Assembly: GCA_017694935.1 (NCBI GenBank)
Contig: JADIME010000044.1
Coordinates: forward strand, 10,961 to 74,960
Reading direction: 5' to 3'
DNA from: Candidatus Merdivivens pullistercoris
Lineage (GTDB): Bacteria; Bacteroidota; Bacteroidia; Bacteroidales; UBA932
DNA length: 64,000 nt
The notes beneath the pieces are model-generated. The model ran no database searches. It saw only the letters and a list, made by a program, of their open reading frames with translations, and had not been told where the DNA came from. Of the stretch, positions 55,996 to 64,000 are shown piece by piece. The translations under genes were made by a program, and so were the position numbers. Positions within the stretch are counted from its first letter, which is position 1, and the number at the start of each line of letters is the position of its first letter.

Positions 55996-57684
55996 ATGAG
56001 GATTAATGATAAGTGGAAATACCTTATCCCGGTTTTGCTCATGGCGATTGTCATTATTGTCATGGACGGTTGTTCCGCATTCAGGGCGGAGCGTGAGAGG
56101 GTTCGTTCCCTGCGTTCTTCCATAAGGGCGGATTTCATAGCATACAGGTTTGATTCCGCAATCAGCAAGGCATACAGGCTGAACAGTATGACTTCGGAGT
56201 ATTTCTGCCGCGAGGATTATCTGGCTTCCTTGGCATATCTTGGACAGGGCTACCTGACGAAACGGGACAATGATTCGATAGATTACTATTTCGGACGTGT
56301 AAGGCAATTGGCTGAACAGTATTCGGACAACTGGTCAATGGCTACCATGTACAATTGCATGGGTATATATTACCGCAGGGATGAGGCGGATGCCGACAAA
56401 GCGATAAAATCCTTTCTTACCGGCCTCCCGTACGCCTACAGGGCACATGACGATATCCTGATTTCCAATCTGAAAGCCAACCTGGCCACAACGTATTATA
56501 TGCGTAATGACCCTGACGGTCTTGTGTATGCATTGGATATATATGACATAGGTGATAAGCGTGGGGACAAATATCTGAAATACAACGGGGCTTTCGCTGC
56601 ATCCTACATGTATTACATGCTCGGACGTTTTGACAGCGCGAGATACTATGTAGAGCAGGCTATTCCGTTTTTGGAGACCGGCGGTGACAAATACAGCATC
56701 TGGGTGCTTTACGGGGACATACTGACCGCATGCGGAGAAGACGACAAGGCGCTGGAATATTACAGCAAGGCTATGTCTGCCGTCCTCACGGAAAAAGACC
56801 CGGTCGGCATAGACGTTTTCCTCAGCTATGGAAGGTTCCTTAAAAAGAGGCAGATGTATGACTCGTCGCTTTTTGTCCTGCAGAGAGGGATACTTCTTGC
56901 GGACAGCACTTTTAACAACATTAACAGGTACCAGCTCTTCAAGGAGGCCGCAGATGTCTGTATGCTGATGGGCGATGAGGAAGGATATGAATATTACATG
57001 GAGAATTATGAGCGGTTCCGGGATGTCATATTCAATTATGAAAAAGAACGTGAGATTTCCGACATGGAACTGTCCTATCTCAAGAACGAGTATGAACAGT
57101 CGTTGCATCTTGCAGACAAGCGGCTTGTAAGGGTTTTGCTTGTTTCATTGTGCGTTATCGTGCTTTTGTGTTTAGGATGGTGGGGATGGCACCGCAGGAA
57201 AGAAAAGGCGCTCATGGACAGCCTTAAAAGCAGGAGGGAGGCTTTCCTTGCCCAGAATACGGCTTATCCGGTGAAGGCGGCGGAAAAACAGACAGACAGT
57301 CCTTCCGATGATGAGGATATGTCCGATCCGAAGATGGCGGCATTGTTCATGCAATTGGAAAGCCTTATGAAAGACCGTCGTGTCTATGCTGACCGTAATA
57401 TAACACGTGAAAAACTGGCCGAGCTCCTTTCTACCAACCGCACATACGTGACAAAGGCCGTGCATGCGTTCACGGGAATGAATCTGGCTGCATACATCAA
57501 CAAATTCAGGATCGAAGAGGCGGTGAGAGTGCTTTCCGACATTTCCGATACGCGCCAGAACAAGGAGATAGCCTCGGACCTTGGCTTCAGTTCCGTGTCC
57601 AATTTCTATAAACTGTTTTCAGCCGCGACGGGAATATCCCCGGCGCAGTTCAAGGCCCGGCAACAGTCCAAAGCCCGACAATAG
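55996..57684 (+). CDS. Membrane-anchored TPR-repeat sensor fused to an AraC-family HTH (one-component regulator)
   Basis: N-terminal TM/lipobox-like 'LLMAIVIIVMDGC', TPR-like repeats, a second TM 'VLLVSLCVIVLLCLGWWGW', and C-terminal HTH_18 'ITREKLAELLSTNRTYVTKAV...LGFSSVSNFYKLFSAATGISPAQF'. The track ORF starts inside the promoter (55921). Confidence 0.8.
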   Translation: MRINDKWKYLIPVLLMAIVIIVMDGCSAFRAERERVRSLRSSIRADFIAYRFDSAISKAYRLNSMTSEYFCREDYLASLAYLGQGYLTKRDNDSIDYYFGRVRQLAEQYSDNWSMATMYNCMGIYYRRDEADADKAIKSFLTGLPYAYRAHDDILISNLKANLATTYYMRNDPDGLVYALDIYDIGDKRGDKYLKYNGAFAASYMYYMLGRFDSARYYVEQAIPFLETGGDKYSIWVLYGDILTACGEDDKALEYYSKAMSAVLTEKDPVGIDVFLSYGRFLKKRQMYDSSLFVLQRGILLADSTFNNINRYQLFKEAADVCMLMGDEEGYEYYMENYERFRDVIFNYEKEREISDMELSYLKNEYEQSLHLADKRLVRVLLVSLCVIVLLCLGWWGWHRRKEKALMDSLKSRREAFLAQNTAYPVKAAEKQTDSPSDDEDMSDPKMAALFMQLESLMKDRRVYADRNITREKLAELLSTNRTYVTKAVHAFTGMNLAAYINKFRIEEAVRVLSDISDTRQNKEIASDLGFSSVSNFYKLFSAATGISPAQFKARQQSKARQ

Positions 57685-57895
57685 CCCGGAAGTCAGGCAA
57701 TGGTCCGAAACCCGGCAAGTGCCGGAGGTTTGATGGCAGCCAATCCTGTTAATTCGGTCCTTGACCGGCTCTACATGCTTTCAAAAAGGCAATTTGCTTT
57801 TCTACGAGGTGTTTTTCCTGTCATGCGCTTTCAATTTTAATAAATTTGTGAGCGTTTTCATTAGGGAATTTTATACAATTTAAACTTTAATATCT

Positions 57896-59218
57896 ATGAA
57901 ACATTTTGCATTTTTTTCACGATTGGCTGTAACGCCCGCGCTTCTTGCGGGGATGCTTCTTGCCGGTTGTACATCTCCTGTCGAGGTGACTTCGGTCGGT
58001 ATAGAAGAAGATGAACTCCGTCTTGTAATAGGTGAATCCGCCGCATTGACCGTAGAGGTTTCCCCGGCGGATGCAATCTCATTGCTGGAATGGGAAAGTT
58101 CCAATCCGGATGTGGCCATTGTCGATGACGGAGGCCTTGTGGTTTCTGTATCCCAAGGCGAGGCCGAGATTTCCGTAACGGCCGGTTCGTTTTCGGATGT
58201 CTGCAAGGTAATCGTCACGGGTGTCCCTGCAACGGGAATAACTCTGAATGCCGAAAATCTTCAACTGTTCACAGGCGAAACGGCTGCCCTGACAGCAGAG
58301 GTCTTTCCGGACGATACGGAAGACAAGACCGTATCATGGTCATCGTCAGCCCCGGAAGTGGCGACTGTGGATGAAAGCGGGCTTGTTACGGCTTTAACTG
58401 CAGGGGAGACCTTCATTACCGCTTCCTGCGGCGAGTATCAGGCGACATGCAATGTGTCAGTGGCCATGATGCCGGCGAAGATAGGGGACTACTATTATTC
58501 TGACGGCACTTATTCTACCGAACTGGATGGAAGCAAGGAAGTCATAGGAGTGGTCTTCTATGTGGGGGATCCGACCGTGAACGACCCTACGCTCGCGAGG
58601 GAACATCCTGACTGTGTGAACGGTCTCGTGCTTTCCATTACGGGAGACGAGCAGATGGCTTGGCAGGAAAACTATTGGGACTGGACATTGGCTTCCGATT
58701 ACGACCCTGACGCATACGTGGGCAAATGGATTGAGGAAAACGCTCCGGAATATCTGACTATCACGACATATACGGGTCTTAACGACAATGTGAACATGAT
58801 TCTCGGATACAACAACACCAAGGCGATAGAAGCATTCAACGCCGCTCCGGAAAACTCCGGCTGGCCTGTAAATGCGGTGGAGCATGTCGTTTCCTACAGA
58901 GACGAGGTTGCAGCTCCCGAAGCCTCGAGCGACTGGTACCTGCCGTCCCCTAAGGAATTGTCCCTGATATGCACGGGAGAATGGCTTGCCAATATCTATG
59001 AAATAACCGGTACCGAGGTGGATATGCGCAATGAACTGAACTCCGTCCTTGCCACCATAGACGGCGCGCAGCTCCTTTCCGAAACGGATACATACATGAC
59101 AAGTTCGGAAGATGAATGGGGATCCGGGACATTTATCGTATATTTCTGGGATGGCGGCGTTTCTTACAGCAGCAAAGGGGATACATCCTTACACGCGCGT
59201 CCTGTCCTCGCGTTTTAA
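57896..59218 (+). CDS. Lipoprotein with Big_2 Ig-like repeats and a DUF1566/C-type-lectin-like C-terminal domain
   Basis: Lipobox 'MLLAGC'. Two Big_2-type repeats ('..L.GE.A.LTA.V.P.DA....WSSS.P.VATVDE.GLVTA...GE..IT'). The C-terminal region carries 'WYLPSPKELSLIC'. Confidence 0.65.
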   Translation: MKHFAFFSRLAVTPALLAGMLLAGCTSPVEVTSVGIEEDELRLVIGESAALTVEVSPADAISLLEWESSNPDVAIVDDGGLVVSVSQGEAEISVTAGSFSDVCKVIVTGVPATGITLNAENLQLFTGETAALTAEVFPDDTEDKTVSWSSSAPEVATVDESGLVTALTAGETFITASCGEYQATCNVSVAMMPAKIGDYYYSDGTYSTELDGSKEVIGVVFYVGDPTVNDPTLAREHPDCVNGLVLSITGDEQMAWQENYWDWTLASDYDPDAYVGKWIEENAPEYLTITTYTGLNDNVNMILGYNNTKAIEAFNAAPENSGWPVNAVEHVVSYRDEVAAPEASSDWYLPSPKELSLICTGEWLANIYEITGTEVDMRNELNSVLATIDGAQLLSETDTYMTSSEDEWGSGTFIVYFWDGGVSYSSKGDTSLHARPVLAF

Positions 59219-59267
59219 TCCGGGTTTTTAATGAAAACAAGAATAACCAATTAAAATCATGATAATT

Positions 59268-60566
59268 ATGAAAACTGCAATAAATCATATAATTACTGTT
59301 TTGGGGCTGATTTTCCCGTTCATAGTGTTCACGGGGTGCGAAGAAAAACAGGCAGTGGACCCCGATTCGGTGCAGGAAATACAGGTGGAGCCTCTTACCA
59401 TGGACATGTATCATGGGAAAACCGCACGGATTTCATATACTGTCGTGCCTGAAACGGCTGTTTTCGACAAAGTGTATTTCGCTGTAGATGACCGTTCTGT
59501 GATAAGGGTGGACGAAACCGGAACGGTTACAGCCCTTGCTGTCGGCGAGGCTGTCGTTACGGTGACTGCCGGAGGGAAGACAGGGACATGCAACGTGACT
59601 GTACTGCCGGCGGTAGCGGAACAGGTGTTCATTGAAATGGAAGAGGCCGAACTGGAAATAGGGCAGACTCTTCAGATAGTCGGTTATGTGCTTCCGGACG
59701 AGGTCGAGGACAAGACTTTGGAATGGACTTCTTCTGCTCCGGAAGTGGCAAGTGTTGATGAGACCGGTCTGGTTACCGCCCTGTCGGAGGGAGAGTCTGT
59801 GATTAAGGCTTCTTCAGGGGATGTGTATGACGAGGTCAAGGTCACAGTGATCAAGCCGGTTCCCAAGATAGGCGATTTCTTCTACTCTGACGGGACGTTC
59901 TCGACCGAACTCGATGAAAGCAAGGAGGCGATAGGGCTTGTATTCTGGGTCGGGGATCCTGCAAAGGATGATGAGGCTTTGCGCAGAGAACACCCTGAAT
60001 GCGTGAACGGACTGGTAGTGGCTTTTGAGGATGCTGCAAAGGAAACGGCATGGCAGAGCTGGTACACCGATTACGGCAAGACGGTCGGAGAATGGATAGA
60101 GCAGAATACCGATTATGCCAGCATAACGACGAGCGAGGGGATAAACCAGCCTCTCAACAAGATGGTCGGTTACAACAACACGCAAGGAATGAAAGCATTC
60201 AATGCCGATGATGAACATTTCTACTACAGTCTTGACATAGTAGATGCGCTCTCATCGTGGACGGTCGCCGCTCCTGATAACACTTCTGGATGGTACATAC
60301 CATCGGCGAAAGAGCTGACCTTGCTTTGCTCGGGAGAATACAATGACGACATCATGTACATGCCGGGCGACATGCTCGAGATAATGAATCAGTTGAATGT
60401 AGTCCTTGCGAGTATAGGAAAACCTTCCATCGGAGGTTATTATTGGTCAAGCACGGAGATGGACTGGGAACTTGCCGTACTTAACAATTTCATTGCCGGC
60501 AATATATGGACTGAATACAAGGAAGAGTACTGGGGATGCAACCTGCGTCTGATCCTTGCCTTCTAA
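59268..60566 (+). CDS. Paralogous Big_2 + DUF1566-like lipoprotein
   Basis: Lipobox 'IVFTGC'. Shares with the upstream gene 'KIGDFFYSDGTFSTELDESKEAIGLVFWVGDP', 'REHPECVNGLV', 'WYIPSAKELTLLC', 'YYWSSTE' and the C-terminal 'ILAF'. An upstream ATG lies at 59259. Confidence 0.65.
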   Translation: MKTAINHIITVLGLIFPFIVFTGCEEKQAVDPDSVQEIQVEPLTMDMYHGKTARISYTVVPETAVFDKVYFAVDDRSVIRVDETGTVTALAVGEAVVTVTAGGKTGTCNVTVLPAVAEQVFIEMEEAELEIGQTLQIVGYVLPDEVEDKTLEWTSSAPEVASVDETGLVTALSEGESVIKASSGDVYDEVKVTVIKPVPKIGDFFYSDGTFSTELDESKEAIGLVFWVGDPAKDDEALRREHPECVNGLVVAFEDAAKETAWQSWYTDYGKTVGEWIEQNTDYASITTSEGINQPLNKMVGYNNTQGMKAFNADDEHFYYSLDIVDALSSWTVAAPDNTSGWYIPSAKELTLLCSGEYNDDIMYMPGDMLEIMNQLNVVLASIGKPSIGGYYWSSTEMDWELAVLNNFIAGNIWTEYKEEYWGCNLRLILAF

Positions 60567-60587
60567 AATAGTTATAAAAACATTGCA

Positions 60588-60647
60588 AAAAACAAGTGTG
60601 GATTTTGAGCGGTTTTGAAGCCGCGGAATCCACACTGTTCTTTTTTT
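60588..60647. terminator. Bidirectional terminator between convergent genes
   Basis: 'aaaaaacaagtgtggatt...aatccacactgttcttttttt': a long hairpin flanked by an A-run and a T-run. Confidence 0.65.
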
Positions 60648-60689
60648 GATATTTGATAATGAGTTTTTGAAATCTGAAAATGCAGGGTC

Positions 60690-61340
60690 TTACGGCAATA
60701 TGCTTTCGTGGAACAGCATCTCGTAAAGTCCTGCGCCGAACATTATGATGCCGATACCGGCGATTATCCATCCCGCCACCCTGTTTATCCATACGAGCGT
60801 CCTCATCTTGAAACGGCTGCGGAAACGGCTCAGCGACCAGCTTACGGTAAACCAATACACGAGACTTCCGATACTGAGCGCAATTATCACCATTACGACA
60901 TTCCACCATTTTCCTCCGGATAGATCTATGCCGAATGAGGCGAGCAGGCCGAACATAATCAGTATCGCTCCCGGGTTTGAAAGCGCCATGAGCAGGCCCT
61001 GGAAAAAATCCTTTGACGATACTTTGTCTACCTTGTCTATCTGGTCTGTCTTTCTGAACGGATTGGATACGGCGAGCAGTACGCCTATGATGGCGATGAC
61101 TATTCCCCCGGCAATCAGGATTTCGGCCGAATATTTTTCCATCAGGTCCTGTGCTATGGCGAGGAAGAACAGGGCGATCACGGCGTAGACCGTATCTGCA
61201 AGGCCTGCACCCGCACCGGTCATGAAGCCGGACTTCACTCCCTTGCCCAAAGACTTCTGGATTACCATTATGGCGATAGGCCCCAATGGCACAGAAGCGC
61301 ATATTCCTACACAGAAAGCCTTGACTATGTTCAGTATCAT
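60690..61340 (-). CDS. LysE/RhtB family amino-acid exporter
   Basis: 216 aa from 'MILNIVKAFCVGICASVPLGPIAIMVIQ', about 6 TM helices, 'NPGAILIMFGL'. The longer track ORF adds an implausible N-terminus. Confidence 0.75.
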   Translation of the reverse strand: MILNIVKAFCVGICASVPLGPIAIMVIQKSLGKGVKSGFMTGAGAGLADTVYAVIALFFLAIAQDLMEKYSAEILIAGGIVIAIIGVLLAVSNPFRKTDQIDKVDKVSSKDFFQGLLMALSNPGAILIMFGLLASFGIDLSGGKWWNVVMVIIALSIGSLVYWFTVSWSLSRFRSRFKMRTLVWINRVAGWIIAGIGIIMFGAGLYEMLFHESILP

Positions 61341-61435
61341 ACTTCTAACTAGACAAAATCGGGCAAAAACACGCACCGGTATTTCTGCCGGAGACAAAAA
61401 TACTAACAAATACTGAAAAATCGCGGAATTTTCCC

Positions 61436-61443
61436 TAAGTTTG
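61436..61443 (+). promoter_or_regulatory. Candidate -7 box (TAagTTTG) for lnt
   Basis: 'cccTAAGTTTGcaggc', 19 nt upstream of the ATG at 61462. Confidence 0.45.
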
Positions 61444-61461
61444 CAGGCGGTTAAAAAAAAT

Positions 61462-63084
61462 ATGATGAAAAATAAATACAGAAGGAGCCCCAAGGACGGA
61501 AAAACATCTTTATTGTTATGTGTCTTAGGGCTTCTATTCGCTATAATGGCTTCCATACCGTTCTTAGTGCCTCACTGTGGTTTCGTCTCGCTTTTCGCCT
61601 TTGTCCCGCTTCTGTGCATGGAAAGGGTAGCGGATCTTTCCGGCAGGAAGAGAGTATGGATTTACTATTACGGCGCGTTTGTGCTATGGAATGCCTTCAC
61701 TACCTTCTGGGTATGCAATGCCACTGTCGGGGGAGGGATTTTCGCCATACTTGCGAATGCTCTGCAGATGGCGGTGATTTTCGCGCTTTTCCGGTGGTTT
61801 AAAAGGAGGACGAAAGGCATCCTGCCGTATATTTTCCTTGCGGCAGCCTGGATTGCGTGGGAACATTTTTACTTCGATGCCGAAATATCGTGGCCATGGC
61901 TTGTCCTCGGCAACTCTTTCGCCCGCTCGGTAAAGAGCATCCAATGGTATGAGTTTACGGGAACGCTCGGAGGCAGTCTTTGGATATGGACGATGAACAT
62001 ATTCCTGTTTTCCATCATGGCTGCATTGTCGGACGGACGTGCGTTCAGGTGGAACATAAAGGCGAAGATAGCCGCGTACGGCGGATATGCAGTCCTGCTT
62101 GCGGGGCCGTTTGTCATTTCTCATGTAATGTTCGACCGTTATGAGGAAAAAAGCAATCCCGTGTCGGTCGTGGCCTTGCAGCCCAATATAGACCCGTATG
62201 ACAAATTCGGCGGCATGACCCAGAAAGAGCAGACTGCCCGGCTGTTGGATCTTGCTGACAGCGTGATGGACGCTTCTGTTACCCTGTTGGTCGCTCCCGA
62301 GACTTTCACTCCCGACATATACACGAATGACCCGCTCCAAAGTCCGACAATGCGGAGTTTCATCTATTATCTTCAGGATTATCCTCAGTGTACTTTGATT
62401 TTCGGAGCATCCACATATACCGTATACAAGGAAGGACAGCCACGTCCCTCGTATTGGGCGCGTCCATACGGCAAAGGGTGGTATGAATCCCACAATTCGG
62501 CGCTTACGGTGGACGGCAACGGGGAATATGATATTTACCATAAGATAAAACTTGTCCCGGGAGTCGAGTATATGCCATATCCGAAGATATTCGATCCTAT
62601 AGATAAAAAACTGGGAGGCGTGATGGGTCGCTGTGTCGGGCAGGAGAGGGCGGAGGCTCTTGTATGCGATGGCCTGAAAGTGGGATGCGCGATCTGCTAT
62701 GAATCGGTATACGGGGATTTTTACCGAGGTTATGTGCTTGATGGCGCGGAACTTATGACCATAATCACCAATGATGCATGGTGGGGGGATACTCCTGGGT
62801 ACAGACAGCATTTCAGCTATGCTTCGCTGCGCGCCATAGAGACACGAAGGAGTATCGTAAGGAGTGCCAATACCGGTATATCCGCTTTGATAGACCAGCG
62901 TGGGGTGCCTGTGCTTGAAAGCCGTTGGTGGGAACAGGAAGCTCTTAAAGGAACTGTGAATCTTAATGACAAGATAACTTTTTTCGTGGCCCATGGAGAT
63001 ATTTCCGGCAGGGTGGCCACGTTCATCTTCCTGTTGTTGCTCTTGCTCGGCATAGTACGCGGCCTAACGCGCCGGAGGGGCTAG
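61462..63084 (+). CDS. lnt: Apolipoprotein N-acyltransferase
   Basis: About 8 N-terminal TM helices followed by a CN-hydrolase domain ('VALQPNIDPYDKF', 'VAPET', 'CAICYESVYG', 'ITNDAWWGDTPG'). The track start is an upstream TTG. Confidence 0.88.
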   Translation: MMKNKYRRSPKDGKTSLLLCVLGLLFAIMASIPFLVPHCGFVSLFAFVPLLCMERVADLSGRKRVWIYYYGAFVLWNAFTTFWVCNATVGGGIFAILANALQMAVIFALFRWFKRRTKGILPYIFLAAAWIAWEHFYFDAEISWPWLVLGNSFARSVKSIQWYEFTGTLGGSLWIWTMNIFLFSIMAALSDGRAFRWNIKAKIAAYGGYAVLLAGPFVISHVMFDRYEEKSNPVSVVALQPNIDPYDKFGGMTQKEQTARLLDLADSVMDASVTLLVAPETFTPDIYTNDPLQSPTMRSFIYYLQDYPQCTLIFGASTYTVYKEGQPRPSYWARPYGKGWYESHNSALTVDGNGEYDIYHKIKLVPGVEYMPYPKIFDPIDKKLGGVMGRCVGQERAEALVCDGLKVGCAICYESVYGDFYRGYVLDGAELMTIITNDAWWGDTPGYRQHFSYASLRAIETRRSIVRSANTGISALIDQRGVPVLESRWWEQEALKGTVNLNDKITFFVAHGDISGRVATFIFLLLLLLGIVRGLTRRRG

Positions 63085-63197
63085 GCTCTATAAATAAGTT
63101 GTGCTCACGTCAGGGGGTGAGCACGCCAATGTGCCGCGTAGCGCGTTCTGGGGAGGGTGACCGTGCCTACGTCCCGAGGTGGGCACGCCCGCGTTAT

Positions 63198-63251
63198 GAG
63201 AATAGAAAAACTCCCGCCTTAGCGACAGGGCGGGAGTTTTTTTCTATTCTC
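63198..63251. terminator. Bidirectional terminator between lnt and rng
   Basis: 'gagaatagaaaaactcccgcc ttagcgacag ggcgggagtttttttctattctc'. Confidence 0.75.
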
Positions 63252-63262
63252 AGACTATGGTG

Positions 63263-64000
63263 TCAGTCCAGCTTTTCTCCTTTAGCGTCGAACCACTCTG
63301 CCTGAGTTATGTAGAACTCCGAGACGGGAGTGATTGTCAGGTCGCATCTGTATTTCTTCATCCATTTACGGCGGATGTTGAAAAACCCTTTTGTAAGGTA
63401 GGCTTCCAGTACCGGGTTTACTTTAAGGTTCAGTTTTCTGACTCCCCGTTCCTGTACGTAATATGCCAGTTGCCTTTCTATGCTTTCATCAAGAACGATT
63501 GTAGATGATATCTTTCCTGTACCTTTGCAGGCCGGGCAGACTTCCGTGGTGTTTATCTCGATCGCCGGCCTTACACGCTGCCTTGTAATCTGCATGAGGC
63601 CGAATTTGGTGAGCGGCAGTATGTTGTGTTTTGCACGGTCATTGGCCAGCAATGTCTGCATGTGCTTGAAAAGCATGTTTTTATGCTCATTGTTGTCCAT
63701 GTCTATGAAATCGACTATTACGATTCCGCCCATGTCCCTGAGCCTGAGTTGCCGTGCTATCTCGTCCGCCGCGTAGGTGTTCACGTCGAATGCGTTTTGC
63801 TCCTGTTGTTTGTTTTTGGAGCGTGTCCCGCTGTTTACATCAATTACGTGCATGGCCTCTGTGTGTTCTATCACGAGGTAGGCTCCTTGCCGTATCGGAA
63901 CGACTTTTCCGAAAGAACTTTTAATTTGGCGGGTGATGTCGAAGTGGTCGAATATCGGTTGTCCCCCTTTGTATAGCTTCACGATCTTCTCCTGTTCCGG
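63263..64000 (-). CDS. rng: Ribonuclease E/G family protein (RNase G), C-terminal part; the gene continues beyond the right edge
   Basis: 'GAYLVIEHTEAMHVIDVNSG', 'GGIVIVDFIDM', 'CPACKGTG'. The reading frame stays open from 63982 to base 64000. Confidence 0.85.
   Translation of the reverse strand, partial: PEQEKIVKLYKGGQPIFDHFDITRQIKSSFGKVVPIRQGAYLVIEHTEAMHVIDVNSGTRSKNKQQEQNAFDVNTYAADEIARQLRLRDMGGIVIVDFIDMDNNEHKNMLFKHMQTLLANDRAKHNILPLTKFGLMQITRQRVRPAIEINTTEVCPACKGTGKISSTIVLDESIERQLAYYVQERGVRKLNLKVNPVLEAYLTKGFFNIRRKWMKKYRCDLTITPVSEFYITQAEWFDAKGEKLD

Noticed and set aside
57896-60566. A diversity-generating retroelement acting on the CLec-like lipoproteins within this window.
   Set aside because: The window contains no reverse transcriptase ORF. 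By eye there is no template-repeat/variable-repeat pair: the 3' ends of the paralogs are not near-identical to any other segment here. It is kept only as a hypothesis for a DGR located elsewhere.
61684-62994. Very long (436 aa) antisense ORF inside lnt. Similar antisense ORFs occur in the lipoprotein gene (11406-12440, 344 aa), the permease gene (19718-20605, 295 aa), secA (24622-25251, 25339-26091), the TPR-AraC gene (56335-57108) and others.
   Set aside because: They lie opposite genes with strong, motif-supported annotations. They are Arg/His/Pro/Gly-rich with no recognisable motifs, and they are the usual stop-poor antisense frames of moderately GC-rich coding DNA.

Overview
This 64-kb chromosomal window is from a Bacteroidota genome, most likely order Bacteroidales. 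That placement rests on the many TAnnTTTG/TTTG promoter boxes, the absence of Shine-Dalgarno sequences, and phylum-typical DUF4199/DUF4295/DUF4296/DUF1573/PCMD genes. Most of the window is housekeeping. It opens with the end of a surface-polysaccharide locus (flippase, FrhB-like Fe-S protein, pyruvyl transferase), which is interrupted by an AT-rich Schlafen/AlbA_2 ATPase gene. The remaining core genes are parE, secA, lpdA, thrS-infC-rpmI-rplT, lepB, rpmB-rpmG-DUF4295, ssrA (tmRNA), ftsY, pheT, dtd, deoC, guaA, typA, yceD-rpmF, ridA, lnt, rng (partial), tRNA-Leu(GAG) and tRNA-Arg(CCT). Two accessory-looking blocks are present. The first (8.2-19.4 kb) is a LytS-type kinase / LytTR regulator / second kinase array, followed by two paralogous lipoproteins with C-type-lectin-like (FISUMP-like) C-termini and a DUF4493 / beta-barrel / PCMD trio. 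The second (56-60.6 kb) is a membrane-anchored TPR-AraC regulator followed by two paralogous Big_2 + DUF1566-like lipoproteins. I found no integrase, transposase, cas, reverse transcriptase or recognisable defence operon. The most unusual signal is non-coding. A collinear 0.6-0.8 kb composite repeat lies directly upstream of both secA (23.3-23.9 kb) and ftsY (37.3-38.1 kb), with partial copies at 15.3 kb and 55.2 kb. Its modules are MITE-like TGCTGGAGCA inverted-repeat units, a conserved 45-nt GC-stem hairpin present 5 times, a conserved linker, and a palindrome fused to a consensus promoter. Other non-coding oddities are iteron-like 20-22 bp direct repeats plus an AT-rich tract just 3' of ssrA, a 170-bp nested palindrome with outward-facing promoter-like arms (46.24-46.41 kb), and an 8-bp x6 microsatellite upstream of the AraC-type regulator. 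All calls come from reading the sequence and the ORF translations; no database search was run.
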